Source of the DNA: Takakia lepidozioides
Lineage: Eukaryota; Plantae; Bryophyta
DNA length: 64,000 nucleotides
Direction: 5' to 3'
NCBI GenBank assembly: GCA_030704615.1
Contig: CM060734.1
Location: forward strand, 52,018,001-52,082,000
The notes under the pieces were generated by a model. It ran no database searches and was not told the DNA's origin. It saw nothing but the letters and a program-made list of their open reading frames with translations. Position 1 is the first letter of the stretch, and each line of letters begins with the position of its first letter. Position numbers and translations under genes: made by a program. Positions 1 to 12,598 of the stretch are shown here, in pieces.

Positions 1-3000
1 TATTCAACAGATTACAATGGAACCAAAGGTCAGCATGCCCGAGAAATTTGATGGGACGAGATCAAGATTTCGCGGTTTTGTTCAACAAGTACGATTGTTC
101 CTACCACTACATCCACAATGCTACTCTGATGAAGGTATTCAAGTGGGATTCGTAGGCACCCTTCTATCAGGCCCTGCCCTATCTTGGTTTACACCGCTAT
201 TAGAGAAAAATTCACATTTATTATACAATTTTGAAGCGTTCATGTCCGAGTTCACTGCAACGTTTGGAGAGAATGATAGAGAGAGAGTTGCAGAGACAAA
301 GATGCGAAATCTTCGACAAGGAGCACGTCCAGCTTCCATTTATGCTGCCGAATTTCGACAACTTGCGTGCGACCTCGACTGAAATAAGAAGAGCCTCATT
401 AGTCAGTTTCGATGTGGCCTAAAAGATGATGTAAAATTTTTGTTGCTGACAATGCCAAACATGAGTACACTGAGCGAATTCATCACACAAGTCATATTAT
501 ACGATAATCATTTGTTCGAAAGACGTCAAAAGAAGCGATCTGGATGATCGACGATGCACCATGCCGCTGCTACTACGGCACCAAATACAACGATCCATCA
601 GACATCCGGTAATGATCCTATGCAAATTGATGTTGTCTGATTCAAGCCATTGACGCCACAAGAAAAACAAAGACGGCGCTCGAATGGATTATGCCTTTAT
701 TGCGGAGAAGATGATCACATAGCATTAAACTGCCCCAACAAGAGAAGATTTAAAGCTCGGGGCACCACTCAAGTGTTCGATACGAGGAGGGGGAAACGAA
801 GATGTTTAGTCACAGTAGGGACCATGCGGCTAGACAACTTAAATTCCTCACCAAAAAAAGGTCTTTTTCTACCTCTAGACCCTGTACCTTGTTTCACAGT
901 TCCAATAAAGATCAGGATGCAAATTCGAGATATCTCCGTAGAAGCACTTTTAGACTCGGGCGCTTCAGAGTGTTTTATTGACAAAGACTTTGCGAAGCAA
1001 CACAATTTAACGCTCGTAAGAAAGAAATTCTCGGCCCTTGTTAAAGTCATCAATGGACGACCGTTAGCATCAGAAAATATTCACCATGAAACTCGATCCC
1101 TTGAAGTGAAGCTTAAAAATCAAGCATCACATATTGTTTTCAATGTCATCCAGTCTCCAACGAATCTTGTGATCCTTGGACTTCCCTGGTTTGTACTTTA
1201 TAATCCTGACATCGACTGACGATCACGAAAAATTTCGGCAAGACAAAAATGCAAAAGTACCAAAGGTATTCAACCTTTGTTTCTTGGAGCTAGAGCCTTC
1301 ATGAGAACTACAAGAAAGATGCGACATTTGTACTTTATACGACTCCGATCAAAACCACAACAGACCAAGGTACTTCGACATTACCCACTCAATATCAAGA
1401 TTTCAAGGATGTCTTCAAGAAGAAAAATGCAGACATGTTGCCAGAACATCGACCTTATGATTGTGCAATTGAGTTGCAAGAATGAGCTCAACCACCATTT
1501 GGCCCGATCTACAATTTATCTCAGACGGAACTGGTTGCTTTACGCGAATACATTGATGAAAATTTGTCAAAGAATTTCATTCGACATTTGAAATCACCCG
1601 CGGGAGCACCTATCTTATTTGTGAAGAAGAAGGACGGATCGTTATGCATGTGTGTGGACTATCGTGGGCTCAACAAAGTCACTATAAAAAATCGTTACCC
1701 ACTACCGTTGATTTCCGGACTCCTCGAACAACTTGGACGAACAAATTTTTTCACAAAGATCGACTTGAGAGGAGCTTACAACCTTGTACGAATAAAAGAA
1801 GGAGACGAATGGAAGACTGATTTTCGCACAAGGTACGGACATTTCGAATACAGTGTTATGTCTTTCGGTCTTACAAATGCTCCAGCAATTTTTCAACACA
1901 TGATGAATGACATCTTTCGAGAAATTTTAGATGACTTTGTAGTCATCTATTTGGACGACATTTTGATATTTTCACAGAATGAATAAGAACATGGTCGCCA
2001 TGTACGCTTTGTCCTTGATAAATTGAGGAAAAAATGACTATATGCCAAGTTGGAAAAATGTCTTTTCTACCAATTTGAAGTCGAATTCTTGGGCTACATT
2101 ATTCCCGACAAATGAGTCTTTATAGATCAAAAGAAAATACAAACCATCATCGAGTGGATTAAACCAATTTCGGTCCGAGATGTACAATATTTTCTAGGAT
2201 TTGCAAATTTTATAGAATCTTCATCCATGACTACTCCAAAATTGCTGCATCAATGACACGACTCACAGGGAAGGACAATTTTGTATGGGACGAGAAGACT
2301 GACCAAGCATTGGAAAGGCTGAAGCAGGCATTTACAACGGCTCCAATATTGGTACATGCAGACCCATCTAAACCATTCTTTTTTTAAGCATATGCATCGG
2401 ACTTTGCACTTGGCGCGGTACTATCACAATACGGTACAGATGGCTGACTTCACACTGTTGGTTTTCGTTCTCGCAAATTTTCCGCTGCGGAGATCAATTA
2501 TGAAATCCATGACAAAGAACTTCTAGCGATTATCGATGCTTTTGAGGAGTGACGTTATCTATTGGAGGGAGCCCAACATCAGGTCACTATCTATACCGAT
2601 CACAAAAACCTCGAGTATTTTATTAGTGCTCGTGTTTTGAATCGACGTCAAGCAAGATGGAATATGTCACTAGCAAGGTTTGATTTTGTTATTATCTACC
2701 GTCCCGGACATCTTCAAGGAAAACCAGATGCTCTTTCTCGACGATCGTATCTTGCGCCAAAGGAAGGAGATGCAGCTTTTGACCAACAGAAATCCATCAT
2801 CTTGAAACCAGCAAATCTCCAATTGAATATGCTATCCATGTCTACCTATGACGATGTAGAGATCATAAAGGAGATTCAGGAAGCACTGAAGAGCGACCAA
2901 TTTGCTACGACACTACGAAGTTAACTAAATCGACCTTGAGACAACCCACATGTTACAAACGACTTCGAGTTTAAAGATGACTTATTTTATTTCAAGGGAT

Positions 3001-3330
3001 TTCTCTATGTACCTCCAGGACCTACACGACTTTGAATTCTTCAAATATGTCATGATCTTCCGGCTGCAGGACATTTTGGCTTCAACAAAACAATAGAATT
3101 GATATCCAGGGACTATTGGTGCCCGCAGATGTGGAAACTCGTGAAAGAATGTATAAAATCTTGCGACACGTGTGCTAGAGCGAAGGGACCACGATCTCTA
3201 CCTTACGGCATTCTTCAACCATTACCCATTCTCAAGGGTCCATGGTCGTCCGTGTCTATGGACTTTATTACGGACCTTCCAATCTCTAAGACCACCGATT
3301 CAATCATTCTTATTGTAGATCGTTTCACGT
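1..3330 (+). mobile_element. Decayed Ty3/Gypsy LTR retrotransposon (Tcn1/Tf1-like chromovirus-type gag-pol), 5' part outside window, integrase truncated
   Basis: Gag (MPEKFDGTRSRFRGF, LRQG), zinc knuckle CLYCGEDDHIALNC, protease ALLDSGAS, RT ([15 protein letters not shown]), RNase H (YTDHKNL, RQARW), integrase HHCC and SMDFITDLP...VDRFT ending ~3330. Many stops and frameshifts. Confidence 0.92.
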
Positions 3331-3767
3331 TCATCCCACATTCATCCATGTCTCTTTCATCCGTCCGTTTTTTATGACATATTAATCCCACATTGCATGC
3401 ATGAAGCACGACATGGAATGGTCCCTGGCCGCCTACGTGAATTTGCATTCAGAACAGTTTGCGTCCACGGCAATAGGCCATGTATTACCTTGGCTGTAGG
3501 CTCTGCTTTTTTAATCTGCTCACGCTTAAAGAATTCTGCTCATGCTTAAGGATTCTGTTCACTATTAGTGTGCAAGCGTGAGCATGCTCACGTGAGTTGC
3601 TCATACGATAGCTACCCAGAGATATAGGCTTGGTGCAAAGCCTCATTAACAAATATAATATTATCAAGAATAGACTGATTCTTAAGAAAAGAGAGAGAAG
3701 ACGCCGGCCGAAGCCACTTCGCCTTGCGGCTACTGCCCATTTTCCCTCATTTTTCATGGGTGGACCT

Positions 3768-4294
3768 TGTCAAGGACGAGAACATGACTGAACACAAACA
3801 AGAGATCAGACTAGAGGTACAAGACTAGACAAGAAGTCAAGGTCGGTGTGGCCGAATGCATGGTGGGTAAACATGAATCAAGATAATCTTTATAACAATG
3901 GACAAGAGTACAAGATACTGGAACTCGACTCGAATGCTGGAATGCTGGAAACTGGACTAGAGTACTGGAAGCTGGACTGGAGTACTGGGACTGGGAACAA
4001 GAGTAGCTTGAACTTGTGTTGACGAGACTGAAGAGTGTCTAGTCTCGCCTCCTATATATACTGGCTACTAAGAAGCTTCCCTAAGAAGCTTCTCCTATGG
4101 AGGTTTCTTCCAAGAACTAACACATATCTAACCTCTGTCATGTCTGCACCATATTCCCGCACTGCCTCTTTGTTCATGCCATGTGCTTGTGCTTGCCGGA
4201 CATGTACATGTATGATATGTAGATAAGGTTTATGCTGTCTTACATGCTTGCAGAACTCCATGGGTGTCGATGACATACTCCGGTGTCGATGACA
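3768..4294 (-). mobile_element. Probable solo LTR
   Basis: TGTCA...TGACA termini, TATATATAGG box on minus strand, LTR-like composition, short terminal duplication at 4263-4297. No clean TSD found. Confidence 0.45.
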
Positions 4295-4309
4295 TACGAC
4301 CCTGTCCAG

Positions 4310-6960
4310 GTATCAGTGTTGCTATGGACCAGATGACAAGCGCACCAACAATTTGACTGTCACGGATCCTAAAGTCAAGCGAGGAGGTCCGGACGTTGGG
4401 GCTGGAAGCAGTAATCCTCACAAAGGTCCAAGACAAAAGAAAAGCCAATACGGCGAGTCTTACAAGCGTGGGTGTCTTTGTTGTTTCAAAGTCTCGCAAT
4501 GTTATCTTGCTCCAGACATTGGGGTCATCACATATTATAACAACATGCAACACCTGGATGTGTCCGGAAAACCCTCTCATGGCGGATATGCTGAGTTCCA
4601 GTTCAGCTGATATGCTTATGCTCCACATATTAGCGAGGAGCTCAAAAAGTGGATCATGGAATGCTTGTCTCGAGGCTTGAGTGTCGCCCAAGTCATGATT
4701 GAACACAAGGAGCACGTCATCCAGAACAGTGGTTTGGGAGACGCATCAACACGCGACGACTTTCTCCTCGAGCAAGATGTCCGAAATCTCGCTGAAAAAC
4801 GAGCCTAGCAGACCTTCAAAAAACACGCTGATGACGCACAATCCGTGTGTATGTGGAAAGATCAAAACCCGGACTCGGTCTTCTTCTACCAAGATGAATC
4901 ATTGGCACCCACATTTCAACATTTTGATGGAGATTTGACCTTCACCATTGGGATTCAGACTCCTTGGCAGTAGCAGAAGATGTTGGACTTGGGCCATGCA
5001 CGCATCGTAGTTTGCGACGCTACATTTGGAACTAACCATCACAAGGTCTGCCATGGACCCTCTCCAGGGGCTTCTGCTAGCATGATAGCATACTACAATG
5101 GTCTCCCACTCTTGTGGTGCATTGCTTATTCGTCCTCAATCCCGATAGACCTAACTGTTGTAGACCCTGTCCCAGTACACCCTGTTCCAGCAGACCTTCC
5201 ACTGCACTCTGTTTTAGGGCAGATCCTTTTGCGTGTTCACCCTATTACAGTAGACCTTGTGCGTGTTCACCAAGTTGCAGTACACCCTGTGCGTGTTCAC
5301 CAAGTTGCAATACACCATGTGCGTTTTCACCCTATTGCAGTAGACCATGTGTCTGTCAGTACGACACTGGTCTACTAATTACAAATTGTCATTTCATGTA
5401 GTTCCCCTTGTACACGTTGATGGTGTTCGACCAATGGTTGAACGGAATTCCGGTTGCATACATATTGTCAGCACGCAATCGAACATCAGACCTTATCCCG
5501 TGGATGCTAGCATTGCGTGATGCCCTCCTTCAGGAAAAGCCCAACTGGCGGCCAAATGCCTTCATTGTCGACGACGCTGAAGCAGAAATCAATGCAATCC
5601 GGTATGCCACATCTCATTCTGCCCTATGGTCCGCTCCAGGGTCTGCTATATGGTCTGCCCTATATGGTCTGCCCTGTTTAATCTCATGCTTTGTGGCAGT
5701 GCTGAATACGAATGCCCAGTTCAAGCACTTCTGACTTTGTGGCCGCATGCAGGTCTGTTTTCACAGGAGTATGCATTTTCCTTTGCCTTTGGCATGTACG
5801 GAAGGCCTGGGTCAAGCAATCATGCCAGAAAATCAGTGATCCGGGAACATCCTCGAAACTGTTGGCAGATATGGGCGACCTTATGTACTGTAGAGGTGGA
5901 CCGCAAAAAGAAGACGAAGCTGTGAAATGGGTTAAGAAAAAATTGAAGGCAATGAAAAAGAAATATCCGTCTGGTCAGTTGTTCCTCCACTACATTCATG
6001 TGTACTGGGTTCCCAAAATCGCTATGTGGTGTACTGCTGCCCGCAGCATTCCACATGCAAGCCAAGATACTAATGCAAGCATCGAGGCATACCACGGAAA
6101 CTTAAAGGTGAGACTTAATATGGGCAAAAGCAAAATGACCGGTCGAAGAGCCGATTGGCCTATATGGGAGTTGACTGGGCGTGTACTGGTCCACTACTGG
6201 TACGACATTCATCTGAAGACACGTGGGTTTATTCGCAACGATAAATAGGAAAAGCACATTTCCAGTGCAATATGTGCAGCCCGTGACATACTTCTTTCAC
6301 GTGTGACTTTGCCTGCAGTGCCTGGGCAGCCTGCTTACGTGATCAGCTCCTCCGATCCGATTACAACGTATACCGTGTTCAATCCAGAGTCGCAGTGGGC
6401 CTGCTGCACCTGCCCGTGGGCGCTGAAAGGCAATCTGTGCAAGCACCAGGTTCGGGTCATAAAGTTGCTAAAACCAGACCTACAAGACGGTCTCATTGTC
6501 CGGACATGTGGTTCCCACTTCGGTACTGTTCACGGTGGGCTGGAGAATTTGGACAAACACGACGACATGACAGCATGCGACCTCGAAAGCGGTCACGTGC
6601 GTGCAAGCGCAACCCCAAACACGGCAGAGTCATTGCTCATGGCAGACCTGTTGGAAGCTATTTTGAAACGGGAGATAACCGACCTGCTTGACCTCGTACA
6701 CAACGACGCATACTTTATACACCATTGCTTGTCTGCGGTGCAGATGCAGGACATCCTCGTCAAAAAAACTTCCGGCATGTTACACCCGGCTGTAGCACGA
6801 GCGTTCAATCGTGTAAAAGACAACAACAACATGTCATTGAAGAGGACAAAGGATTTTGTGGAACATTTTCAAGCTCGGCGGAAAATGAAACTAAATGGGG
6901 GGGAACGTGTGTCTGCCCTTCCCCCTGTTAGCCATATTTACTCGGCTCTAAGGCGGGTGT
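4310..6960 (+). pseudogene. Mutator-like (MULE) transposase with SWIM zinc finger; exons ~4310-5045, 5402-5601, 5753-6960; several in-frame stops
   Basis: YQCCYGPDD, KRGCLCCF, GIQTPWQ, CDATFGTN, GIPVAYI, FIVDDAEAE, CLWHVRKAW, DTNASIEAYHGNLK, SWIM CCTCPWALKGNLCKH. GT-AG introns join the frames. Confidence 0.87.
5150..5350 (+). repeat. ~30-bp tandem repeat in transposase intron 1
   Basis: Units like CAGTAGACCTTGTGCGTGTTCACCAAGTTG, 4-5 copies. Confidence 0.85.
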
Positions 6961-7042
6961 CTCATCATCCACAACTGAGAAAGATGGATCAATCTAACTA
7001 AGGAAAGGACCTGCAGTTGTCCAAATGCGATAGATCAATTCT

Positions 7043-7250
7043 CACCTGCAGTAGACCAATTCGGCAGACCATTATTGCAGACCACCTGAAGTAGACCAAT
7101 TCGGCAGACCATAATCGCACACCACCTGTAGTAGACCAGATTGGCAGACCGTTATTGCAGACTACCTGAAGTAGACCATTTCGGCAGACCATGATCGCAC
7201 ACCACCTGCAGTAGACCGGCACTGACTTGTAATAGACCAATGCGGCAGAG
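7043..7250 (+). repeat. ~40-bp tandem repeat carrying AGACC motifs
   Basis: CACCTGCAGTAGACCAATTCGGCAGACCATTATTGCAGAC-like unit, about 5 copies. An imperfect ~280-bp duplication follows (7380-7920). Confidence 0.85.
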
Positions 7251-10200
7251 CATCTGCGACTCCCTTAATGTGCTTTTTAAAGATTTGATGAAGGAGACCA
7301 ATGAAGTCAAAAAATGAGCCAAAGTGAACCAGTAAACGAATGTAGTAGAGTAATGCAACAAGCATAGTTCAATGAAGCAGACCAAAGACAGTACACTCGA
7401 CTAACGATGGGACTGACTTGTGCCCCACATTTAGCCAACCACCGAATTTAGTATACCACTATCTCATGGAGCAGACCAATAACATTAATTCAGTAGCAGA
7501 CCACGTCGAGGAGTACTGCATACATCGACAGATCAATAACAGCGGACCAGCACACCACGTGAAAACGTCAACCAGAAGTAGTAGCGATAGAACACGACAA
7601 CAGACTCATGAAATGTTCCACAGACCATATGAAGCAGACCAATACAGTACAGGGGTAGCCCAAGACAGTACACTTGACTAACGATGGGACTGACCTGTGC
7701 CACCGAATTTGGTATACCACTATCTCATGGAGGAGACCAACAACCGTGGCCCAAACTAAGTCCACTCCGTGGAGATAGCAGACCAATCAGTTCAGAAGCA
7801 GACCACGGCCAGGAGTACAGCATACATCGATTCACAAGCAGACCACGTGGAGCACTACTCAATACAAAACATCGACCAGAAATGTTTAACAGTAGACCAT
7901 GACAGCAGACTAATGAAATAATCCACAAAAGTAGAATGTACATCATATATAAAAATGAACAGACCTGCACCACAGACCACATGAGTGAATTTTCATTTAT
8001 TGCCAGGCCTAGATGAAACAACCCGGACTTCGAAAGAGTCTGACACGTCCGACATCTTCCTAGATGACAACTGCCTTTCTACAACTACATTCTCCATAGT
8101 ACTGAGTGCTTTCAAAATGTACTCAACACACTTTAGGCGTTGCCTGCAAGCATAGCGGAATGTAAACCACTTTGAGGTAAACGGCTTTCCTCTCTCTCTA
8201 AGTCCTTTGCCACGATCGCCCTTCAACCAGTCGTAGAACCCCTCGATAGAGGACATGACGTAAAAGCCACATTCCCAAGAGAAGGGTTGTTGTGGCACTT
8301 CAGGGACATGAAAATTGAATCCAGTGGCCTCGTCCCACGACGCAGTGTGCGGCTCCAAGCTCGAACCCATGGCAATATCTCCACGGGTTTGTGCAGAATC
8401 TTGATTGAGTTCAGATGAGTGAAGACGCGGAGCACCCGGTCAATAATCACCAAAATCCAATGAGACCTGCCACAACGCAAGGCGCATCAGCATAAGGGAA
8501 CAGTTGCAAATCAAAATGGCAGACCCATTGAGCAGACTGGTAGACTTGGGCAGACCAATGTTGCAGACCAGTGATGGTGGACCAATGATAAAGGGCAGAG
8601 AAACAGTGGTACGCACGAACGCAAAGCACTTACCCATCAACTATTGGTACCAGTATGTACTTGCAGGTCTTCAGGTCCTTCCCCATACGATGCACTGTCA
8701 ATCCGTGCTCCACTTGCGAGCGAACCCGTTCCTGACCTGCACTCCAATGAATCTTCACTACATTCCAAACCCACGTCGGCAAAATAGCAACATCATTATA
8801 TATCCAGATCCTTCTGATAAAACCTACACCACAACTCAAGCAATCGGTCTGTAACCTCGGATTCATGTTTCTCTAGCGATTTGAGGTCCTCGGTGGAAAT
8901 ACTGCACTCAAACTGTGGGTCGTTTTCGAAAAAGTACAACATTGTTTTTCCCTCAGAGATATGTGCGTTGAAAGTGGAGCCAATTCGGGCAGTGAACCTG
9001 CACAAACTCGGAAAAACCCTTTAAGAACCGGGCTGGCGGACCCAAAAGGACCAGACCTATAACGGATACAGTTCCAGACCCAAGGACCAGACCAACGGAG
9101 CAGGCCAATGGAGCGGACGAACGGCAGCCACATCTAACCCAGTAGACCCATGAAGCAGACCCATACAACCTTTTTGCTGCAGATCCATACACTTGGTGTG
9201 TTCAGAGCATCGCAAGCAGACCAACGACACTTACTTTTGTTTGTTACGCAGCTCCGCAACTTCGCTCTCCACTTCCAAGCAGACCTTCCGGTCAGCACTC
9301 ATGTATACTCCGGACTTCGGTTTTTTGCCACGTCTTTTGGGGGGGAAATTGTTTTTAGCCTCGGGTCTGCCATGCCATCTGATATGCGCTTCTTCCCAGC
9401 TCTATTTGGTGAAGCAGGTTCCTCCAACTTCTCTTACAATGCAACAGCCGCCTCCTTCATACCCTCCTGGAGCTGGCTAGCTCGGCTTCACAACAAAATT
9501 TTGTCCTGGGGTTTATTAACACTCAGTGGTCCCGTTCTAGATGCTTCCTGCACTCTATGGGTCGAACTGGCCCCTACGGTGGGGGTTATCACTGGTACAC
9601 CCTTTGTGCTTGACCGCAAGTTCAACACCTGCGACGTACCACGAGCTGAGACCTCAGATGCCATAACCTTCACACGAATATCAGATCACAAAACATCAGC
9701 AATGACCACCCAAATGCACTGGGAAAAAAAATGGAGTGCAAAAATGCAATGGAATCAGACCTTTGTGGGCGCTGTGGGTGTCTGCAATTGCACCACTCCT
9801 GTGGCAGGTATATCTTCGACTACAGTGATTGGTTCCACAGAATGAGAAGGGACAGAATCATGTGTATGGGTTTCGACAAGGTCTGATGAATGGTTTGCTA
9901 TGGGGTCGAACATGTGGAGCACCTTATCAACGGATTGGTCTATTGCCAGTAGTGGGTCTACAGACGAGTCAGGGTCCACAAAAGTAAGCGGCAAAACGGC
10001 CAAAGATGCATCCTCATCTGCAGTAGACCCTGCCTCTAACAGATAGGGAAGATCACCGACCAAACTGTCACAGCCATAGTCCATTGTTGCAATTGCAGAA
10101 TTGGTCTGTACTATGGATAAATGAGCACTGACGCCTTCCCGGTTCTGTTCAGGCAGTGCTGTGTCAGAAGGTCTGGTGGCAAAGGTAAGGTCCACTACCA

Positions 10201-10700
10201 TTCTCTGCTTCTCAGTAGTGTTGCAGTGGGGGGGAAAAGAATTGCTCATCTCATTTTCAGCAACTCGTATGTGCCAGGGAGGATGGGCGTTGCTTTCTGG
10301 GTTATCGCCAGGTCTCCAGGTGGTCTGATGTCCTGCACTGGCAAGGTCTGCTGATGTTGGAATGGCGTCCATACCTGCGTCGCGATGCACTTCTGCGGTG
10401 CATTTGTCAAGCAATATACCAGCCAGGGTGTCCTCCGGCAAGGTCTGATCTTCTCTCCTCTGCTCCAACAAGGCCTGATCAGGTCTACACTGGTCGGGAA
10501 ATGTCTGCTTTGAGACGGTCTGGTGTGGTGTGGTGTGGTGTGGTATCCTCTGGTCTTTTGGGGTACGGTCTGTTGCGCACTCGGATCGTCTGGAGTCCTG
10601 CGCTCTGGTCTGGTCTGCTGTGGTCTGCTCTTGTCTGGTCTGGTTTTGTCGGGTCTGCTGTGGTGTGCTCTGGTCTGCTCAGGTCTGATTTCCACTGCAG

Positions 10701-11511
10701 GGGGGATGCCTCCGCGTGAGCCTGGCCGCGTGAGCGTGTGAGCGCGGCCAAGCTCACGCCACGTCACCGGTTCTCGCCACATTGGCTCAAGGGTCCGACA
10801 CCACATCAGCAGTCTTTGCCAGCGTGGTTGACGCCACATCACGCCTCGCCATGTTATTTCCACGGGCGTACCTATGACCGCGGACAGAACAGGGAGAAAG
10901 GGGCCTATAGTCGCGGAATTGGTAGCCGTAGACTGTTTTTTATTATATTTTTGCATTTGACATTCGGCATTTGGGTGGATGTGATGATTGGTGCCGATCT
11001 TTATTTCTAGTTATTTATTTATTTATTTATTTAATTTTATTTTTTGCTTTTGATATTTGGCATTTGGGTGGATGTGATGATTGGTGCCGGCCATCACTTC
11101 TGTCGGTGCCGCCGATCTTTTTTTTTAATTTTTTTATATAAATACTTTTATTTCATTCGGCATTTGGGTGCTGACCATCACATCTGTCGGTGCCGCCGAT
11201 TATCACTCTCCGTTTATTTTATTTTTTGGTTTTTGGTTTTTGGGACATTCGGCATTTGGGTGGATGTGATGGTCAGCACCGACCATCACTTCTGTCGGTG
11301 CCGCTGATCATCATTTTTATTTTTATTTTCTTATTTAATTTTAAATTGGCTTTTTGACATTCGGCACTTGGGCGGATGCGATGGTCGGTGCCGACCATCA
11401 CTTCTGCCGATCATATATATATATATATATATATTTGGACATTCGGCATTTGGGTGGACGCGATGGTCGGTGCCGACAATCACTTCTGTCAGCCGCCGAT
11501 CATCACTTTCC

Positions 11512-11552
<41 letters not shown>

Positions 11553-12598
11553 CGGCATTTGACATTCGGCATTTGGGTGGGATGTGATGGTCGGTGCCGA
11601 CCATCACTTCTGTCAGTGCCGCCGATCTTTTTTTTTGGCTTTTGACATTCGGCATTAGGGCGGATGCGATGGTCGGTGCCGACTATCTCTTCTGTCAATA
11701 TCGCCGATCATCACTTTCTGTTTTGTTTTGTTTTGTTTTTTTTGGCTTTTGACATTCGGCATTTGGGTGGATGTGATGGTCGGTGCCGACCATCACTTCT
11801 GTCAATGCCGCCGATCTTTTTTTTTGGCTTTTGACATTCGGCATTAGGGCGGATGCGATGGTCGGTGCCGACCATCACTTCTGTCAATATCGCCGATCAT
11901 CATTTTTATTTTTTATTTTTTATTTTTTATTTTTTTTGGCTTTTGATATTCGGCATTTGGGTGGATGGACAATTTGCAACATTGTCATGGAAATTCAATT
12001 CAAATCAATTCGTTTGCAACATTGTCGGCGGTGCAATGATATGGCGTCCCTTATCCCTCCATTATGCTTCCAACTATACTGAGTGATCTCTGAGTGACAA
12101 CTTTTAAAAGCACATGCATCATTGCACCTTTCGAAGTCTACATGTTTTCTTGTCACTATGCACTGCAATCATCTTTTGAAGATGATCCTAACTCTCATTG
12201 TTATTTGGGGAGGGAGCAAGGTCTTCCCGTGGCAGCCTCTATGGCGCATATTTTGTGAGGATATTTTCTCGTCCTTGTAATTGTAAAAGTAAAACAAACA
12301 TTTGTAATTGCACAATGTTGGATGCTACAATTGTAGGCCCCATGGTAGTCTTCATTGTATTCAGCCAAGGATTCCCTACATTAATCCCACAGTCATAGGA
12401 CCATCCTTGGTTATAGGCGGCGCATGTTCATGTTGACGTGGCAGATGACGGCGCAGTGCCACATCAGCATTTGTCGCCATATCAGCCTGCTGACATCATG
12501 CTCACGCCACGTCAGCTGGCGCGAGCATACACCACGTCACTCCTGCGTGAGCGTACGCTCGCGCGCTCACGCGCAAGGCTCATGCCATTGCGTCGTTG
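10701..12598. mobile_element. Non-autonomous DNA element with 9-bp TSD (MULE-like) nested in the Ulp1 gene
   Basis: CCACTGCAG at 10692-10700 and 12599-12607. Degenerate inverted termini rich in GCGTGAGC. Removing it restores the minus-strand frame (KHTAAV|EIRPEQ). Confidence 0.8.
10958..11967 (+). repeat. Array of ~11 conserved ~65-bp hairpin-containing units separated by variable T-rich spacers
   Basis: GACATTCGGCATTTGGGTGGATGTGATGGTCGGTGCCGACCATCACTTCTGTCGGTGCCGCCGATC. Internal stem GTGATGGTCGG-TG-CCGACCATCAC. Confidence 0.95.

Noticed and set aside
10958-11967. CRISPR array
   Set aside because: Repeats are ~65 bp and degenerate, spacers are low-complexity T tracts of variable length, there are no cas genes, and the context is a eukaryotic transposon.
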